This document shows, piece by piece, positions 8,195 through 10,784 of a stretch of DNA of 10,784 nucleotides. The notes under the pieces are model-generated. The model was not told where the DNA came from and searched no databases. It saw nothing but the letters and a program-made list of their open reading frames with translations. The stretch comes from Snowella sp. (GTDB lineage: Bacteria; Cyanobacteriota; Cyanobacteriia; Cyanobacteriales; Microcystaceae): contig JAYKGY010000065.1 in NCBI GenBank assembly GCA_035285545.1, positions 1-10,784 on the forward strand, written 5' to 3'. Numbering within the stretch: the first letter of the stretch is position 1; every line of letters begins with the position of its first letter. A program made the position numbers and the translations under genes.

Positions 8195-9157
8195 ATGACC
8201 GTTTCTACTTCTACCCGAACCATCCGCATTTGGTCACGTAAAAGCCAGTTAGCCTTAGTCCAAACCTATTGGGTGCAAAAAGAGTTACAAAAACATTTCC
8301 CCGATAGAGAATTTGAAGTAGAAACCATGAGTACCCAAGGCGACATTATTTTAGACGTAGCTTTGGCAAAAATTGGTGATAAAGGCTTATTCACCAAAGA
8401 ATTAGAAGTAGGGATGCTAGAGAAACGAACCGATCTCGCGGTTCATTCCCTCAAAGATTTGCCGACCAATTTACCTGAAGGTTTAATGCTCGGTTGTGTG
8501 ACCGAACGAGTTGATCCGGCCGATGCCTTAGTGGTTCATGAAAAACATAAGGATAAGCAGCTTGAAACCTTACCCCCAGGCTCAGTAATCGGAACCTCTT
8601 CACTCCGTCGCTTAGCTCAACTGCGTCACCATTTCCCTCATTTCGTTTTTAAAGATGTCAGAGGTAATGTTAATACTCGTTTGGCAAAACTAGATTCAGG
8701 CGAATATGATGCCATTATTTTGGCAGTCGCAGGATTACAACGTTTAGACATGGGCGATCGCATTCATCAAACGATCCCCCCAGAGATTTCACTCCATGCC
8801 GTCGGTCAAGGTGCCTTAGGAATTGAATGTCGTAACGATGATCCTGAAATATTAGAAATCCTCAAAGTTTTAGAAGACCCCAATACCCGCGATCGCTGCT
8901 ATGCAGAACGGTCATTTTTACGGGAATTAGAAGGCGGTTGCCAAGTCCCCATCGGCGTTAACACCAAAATTGAAGGCGATACCCTAACCTTAACGGGCAT
9001 GGTTGCCAGCTTAGACGGAAAACGCTTAATTAAAGATAGTGTCAGCGGCCCTGCTGAAACGGCCGAAGAATTGGGAATAGGGTTAGCCAATAAACTCCGC
9101 GAACAAGGCGCAGGGGAAATCCTCGCTGAAATCTTGGCAGAAATTGATCGAAGTTAG
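8195..9157 (+). CDS. hemC: Hydroxymethylbilane synthase (porphobilinogen deaminase)
   Basis: [45 protein letters not shown] and the cofactor-binding [10 protein letters not shown] motif. Confidence 0.99.
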   Translation: MTVSTSTRTIRIWSRKSQLALVQTYWVQKELQKHFPDREFEVETMSTQGDIILDVALAKIGDKGLFTKELEVGMLEKRTDLAVHSLKDLPTNLPEGLMLGCVTERVDPADALVVHEKHKDKQLETLPPGSVIGTSSLRRLAQLRHHFPHFVFKDVRGNVNTRLAKLDSGEYDAIILAVAGLQRLDMGDRIHQTIPPEISLHAVGQGALGIECRNDDPEILEILKVLEDPNTRDRCYAERSFLRELEGGCQVPIGVNTKIEGDTLTLTGMVASLDGKRLIKDSVSGPAETAEELGIGLANKLREQGAGEILAEILAEIDRS

Positions 9158-9196
9158 TTAAGATTTGAATCAATAACCTAACTTGCCTGATCTTTT

Positions 9197-9583
9197 ATGC
9201 TGGGAACTTTCCAACAGAGCCAAATTCGGATAGAACTGGATGCCAACGCCCACGACATTCGGGACAGTTTAGTGACTATCTCCAATCTTCGGCAATGGTT
9301 ATCTCCTCAAACGCTTTCTTTAGGCTTACCTGAAAAGTTATCACCAGGCCTGACCTTTACTAGCAAACTAGGATTAATTACCATCGAGCATCAAGTCGAA
9401 AAATTAGGCGATAACTACCTTAGATTTTTACTCAGTCAAGGGATTGATGGTTATCACGAATGGTACTGGGGGGATAGTTGGATTCAGTCCCGCTTAGAAG
9501 GCATTTCGGTATTACCGTTAAACTTGGGACAAACCACAACCCTATTACGATTACGAGAGTTCTTACGAAAATATAATGCCTAA
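9197..9583 (+). CDS. Hypothetical protein, probably co-transcribed with hemC (possibly SRPBCC/START-like fold)
   Basis: 128-aa ATG ORF 39 bp after the hemC stop, filling the gap before msrA. The strand/helix pattern (IRIELDA..IRDSL..LRQWL; IDGYHEWYW; C-terminal helix) is reminiscent of SRPBCC, but the fold is inference only. Confidence 0.8.
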   Translation: MLGTFQQSQIRIELDANAHDIRDSLVTISNLRQWLSPQTLSLGLPEKLSPGLTFTSKLGLITIEHQVEKLGDNYLRFLLSQGIDGYHEWYWGDSWIQSRLEGISVLPLNLGQTTTLLRLREFLRKYNA

Positions 9584-9622
9584 TTAATAATTTTGCGGGC
9601 AATAGCTTATTGGATGTAGATT

Positions 9623-10309
9623 TTAATTTACATAAATGTCAGCAAACTGTCTCTTTAATTGCTCTAGTTTCGGTCGATCATGGATTACCACATAGGGATA
9701 GCTTGGATTCCGTGCCATAAAATCTTGATGATACGCCTCAGCAGAATAAAATTCCCGTAAAGGGCTTAACTCTGTCACAATGGCAGAACTAAAAATGTTG
9801 GCTTGGGTAAGTTGTTGAATATAATTCTGAGCAATTTTTTGCTGGTCATCATTTACAAAAAAGATAGCTGAACGGTACTGCCTTCCCACATCAGGCCCTT
9901 GACGATCCTTTTGAGTTGGATCATGGGCAACCGCAAAGAAAATTTTCAATAACTGGCCATAGCTAATCTGAGCAGGATCGTAGGTGATCTGTACCACTTC
10001 TGCATGGTCTGTATTCCCCTCACTTACTTGATCATAGTAAGCCGTTGCTGCACTTCCCCCTGCAAATCCTGAAACAACCTTGTTAACCCCCTTAACGTGT
10101 TCAAAAACGCCTTCCATTCCCCAAAAGCATCCCCCTGCGAAAACAGCAACTTCTTTCCCTTCAGACGCGATCGATGAATTCGTTACTATCGGATCAGGAA
10201 GTGATTTCGCCGTTTGAGTATTCATTACCGCAAAAGCAGAAAGTATTACTAAACCAATCCCTACACTCGGAACCAAAACCGGAGAACGAAAGAACTGATA
10301 TATCGACAT
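9623..10309 (-). CDS. msrA: Peptide-methionine (S)-S-oxide reductase with N-terminal signal/anchor
   Basis: FAGGCFWG active site, HAEVVQITYDP, HDPTQ.DRQGPDVG.QYRSAIF and AEAYHQD motifs. Hydrophobic N-terminal extension. Confidence 0.97.
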   Translation of the reverse strand: MSIYQFFRSPVLVPSVGIGLVILSAFAVMNTQTAKSLPDPIVTNSSIASEGKEVAVFAGGCFWGMEGVFEHVKGVNKVVSGFAGGSAATAYYDQVSEGNTDHAEVVQITYDPAQISYGQLLKIFFAVAHDPTQKDRQGPDVGRQYRSAIFFVNDDQQKIAQNYIQQLTQANIFSSAIVTELSPLREFYSAEAYHQDFMARNPSYPYVVIHDRPKLEQLKRQFADIYVN

Positions 10310-10679
10310 ACTTAATAAAACTCCAAAAACCTAGATATTGATTCAGAAAGAGAATTAGCTGCTCTAGATGGCAGTTATCATTCAATTATTTACCCAAAAT
10401 CGCTTATTCCTAACTATTTAAACATCAGGCAAAAAATAATAGCAACTTAGATTGTTTAAAGGATTTATTGAAAAGATAAAATCATTATCATATAAGGCTT
10501 ATAAACACGATAAAGACTAAAATAGTCAAAAGTTATTGATTTTAAAGACTAAATCGAAAAATATGGATTATATTGCCTTCTTTAGAACTCGACAGAGGAT
10601 GCTTGTTTAATCCTAAAACTCTGAAAGCGTTGCACAAAAGGAATTGTAGAGGAAGTCAAAAAAAGATTTGAGAAAGGAG

Positions 10680-10708
10680 TTGACAGGCAGTGGAGTTCTG
10701 GGTATAGT
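10680..10708 (+). promoter_or_regulatory. Strong sigma70/SigA-type promoter pointing right (putative rrn promoter)
   Basis: TTGACA (10680-10685), 17-bp spacer, TATAGT (10703-10708), with an A-tract upstream (10658-10664). Confidence 0.88.
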
Positions 10709-10784
10709 AGTAAATGCGCGGTTGAGAGCGAGAGCCGAGAGCGCGCCCCGAACCTAGACAAATCAATAGTTTGAAGGTTATTAA
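10701..10784 (+). repeat. Right copy of the exact 84-bp inverted repeat; probable rRNA operon leader start, truncated by the window end
   Basis: Identical to the reverse complement of 44-127. Contains the GC hairpin 10716-10746 and boxA-like GAACCTAGACAA 10750-10761. Confidence 0.98.

Larger units (their letters stand above)
1211..8896. repeat. HIP1 octamer GCGATCGC, dispersed (at least 16 copies)
   Basis: Read by eye at 1211, 1865, 2247, 3551, 3809, 3919, 4546, 4840, 5246, 5430, 5783, 6647, 7202, 7993, 8754 and 8889. This is a standard cyanobacterial genome signature. Confidence 0.95.

Noticed and set aside
8899..9090. 63-aa minus-strand ORF
   Set aside because: Antisense to hemC with no independent support.
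10194..10385. 63-aa minus-strand ORF overlapping the msrA 5' end
   Set aside because: Out-of-frame overlap in AT-rich sequence with no motif. msrA has its own plausible ATG at 10309.
44..10784. Terminal inverted repeats of a transposon, composite element or linear replicon
   Set aside because: No transposase, recombinase or replication gene. The cargo is housekeeping with normal HIP1 density, and the repeat begins at a -10 box and extends outward like a transcribed leader.

Overview
Cyanobacterial chromosomal DNA: at least 16 HIP1 GCGATCGC sites, and proteins that look Chroococcales/Synechocystis-like. Seven credible CDSs. Minus strand: M16B peptidase-like subunit lacking HXXEH, class A beta-lactamase-like/PBP-A serine hydrolase, TrmJ/TrmH-family RNA methyltransferase, and a 1072-aa membrane-anchored protein with a strict 98-aa repeat. 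Plus strand: hemC and a 128-aa hypothetical. Minus strand again: an N-terminally extended one-cysteine MsrA. The most striking feature is non-coding. The two window ends are an exact 84-bp inverted repeat (44-127 vs 10701-10784). Each copy follows its own outward-facing TTGACA-N17-TATAGT promoter and carries a GC-rich hairpin and a boxA-like GAACCTAGACAA, as in cyanobacterial rRNA operon leaders. The inference is two back-to-back rrn operons enclosing only about 10.6 kb of single-copy DNA, a potentially invertible block. No rRNA gene is visible in the window, so the rrn identity is inferred. No mobile element, CRISPR array or tRNA was found.
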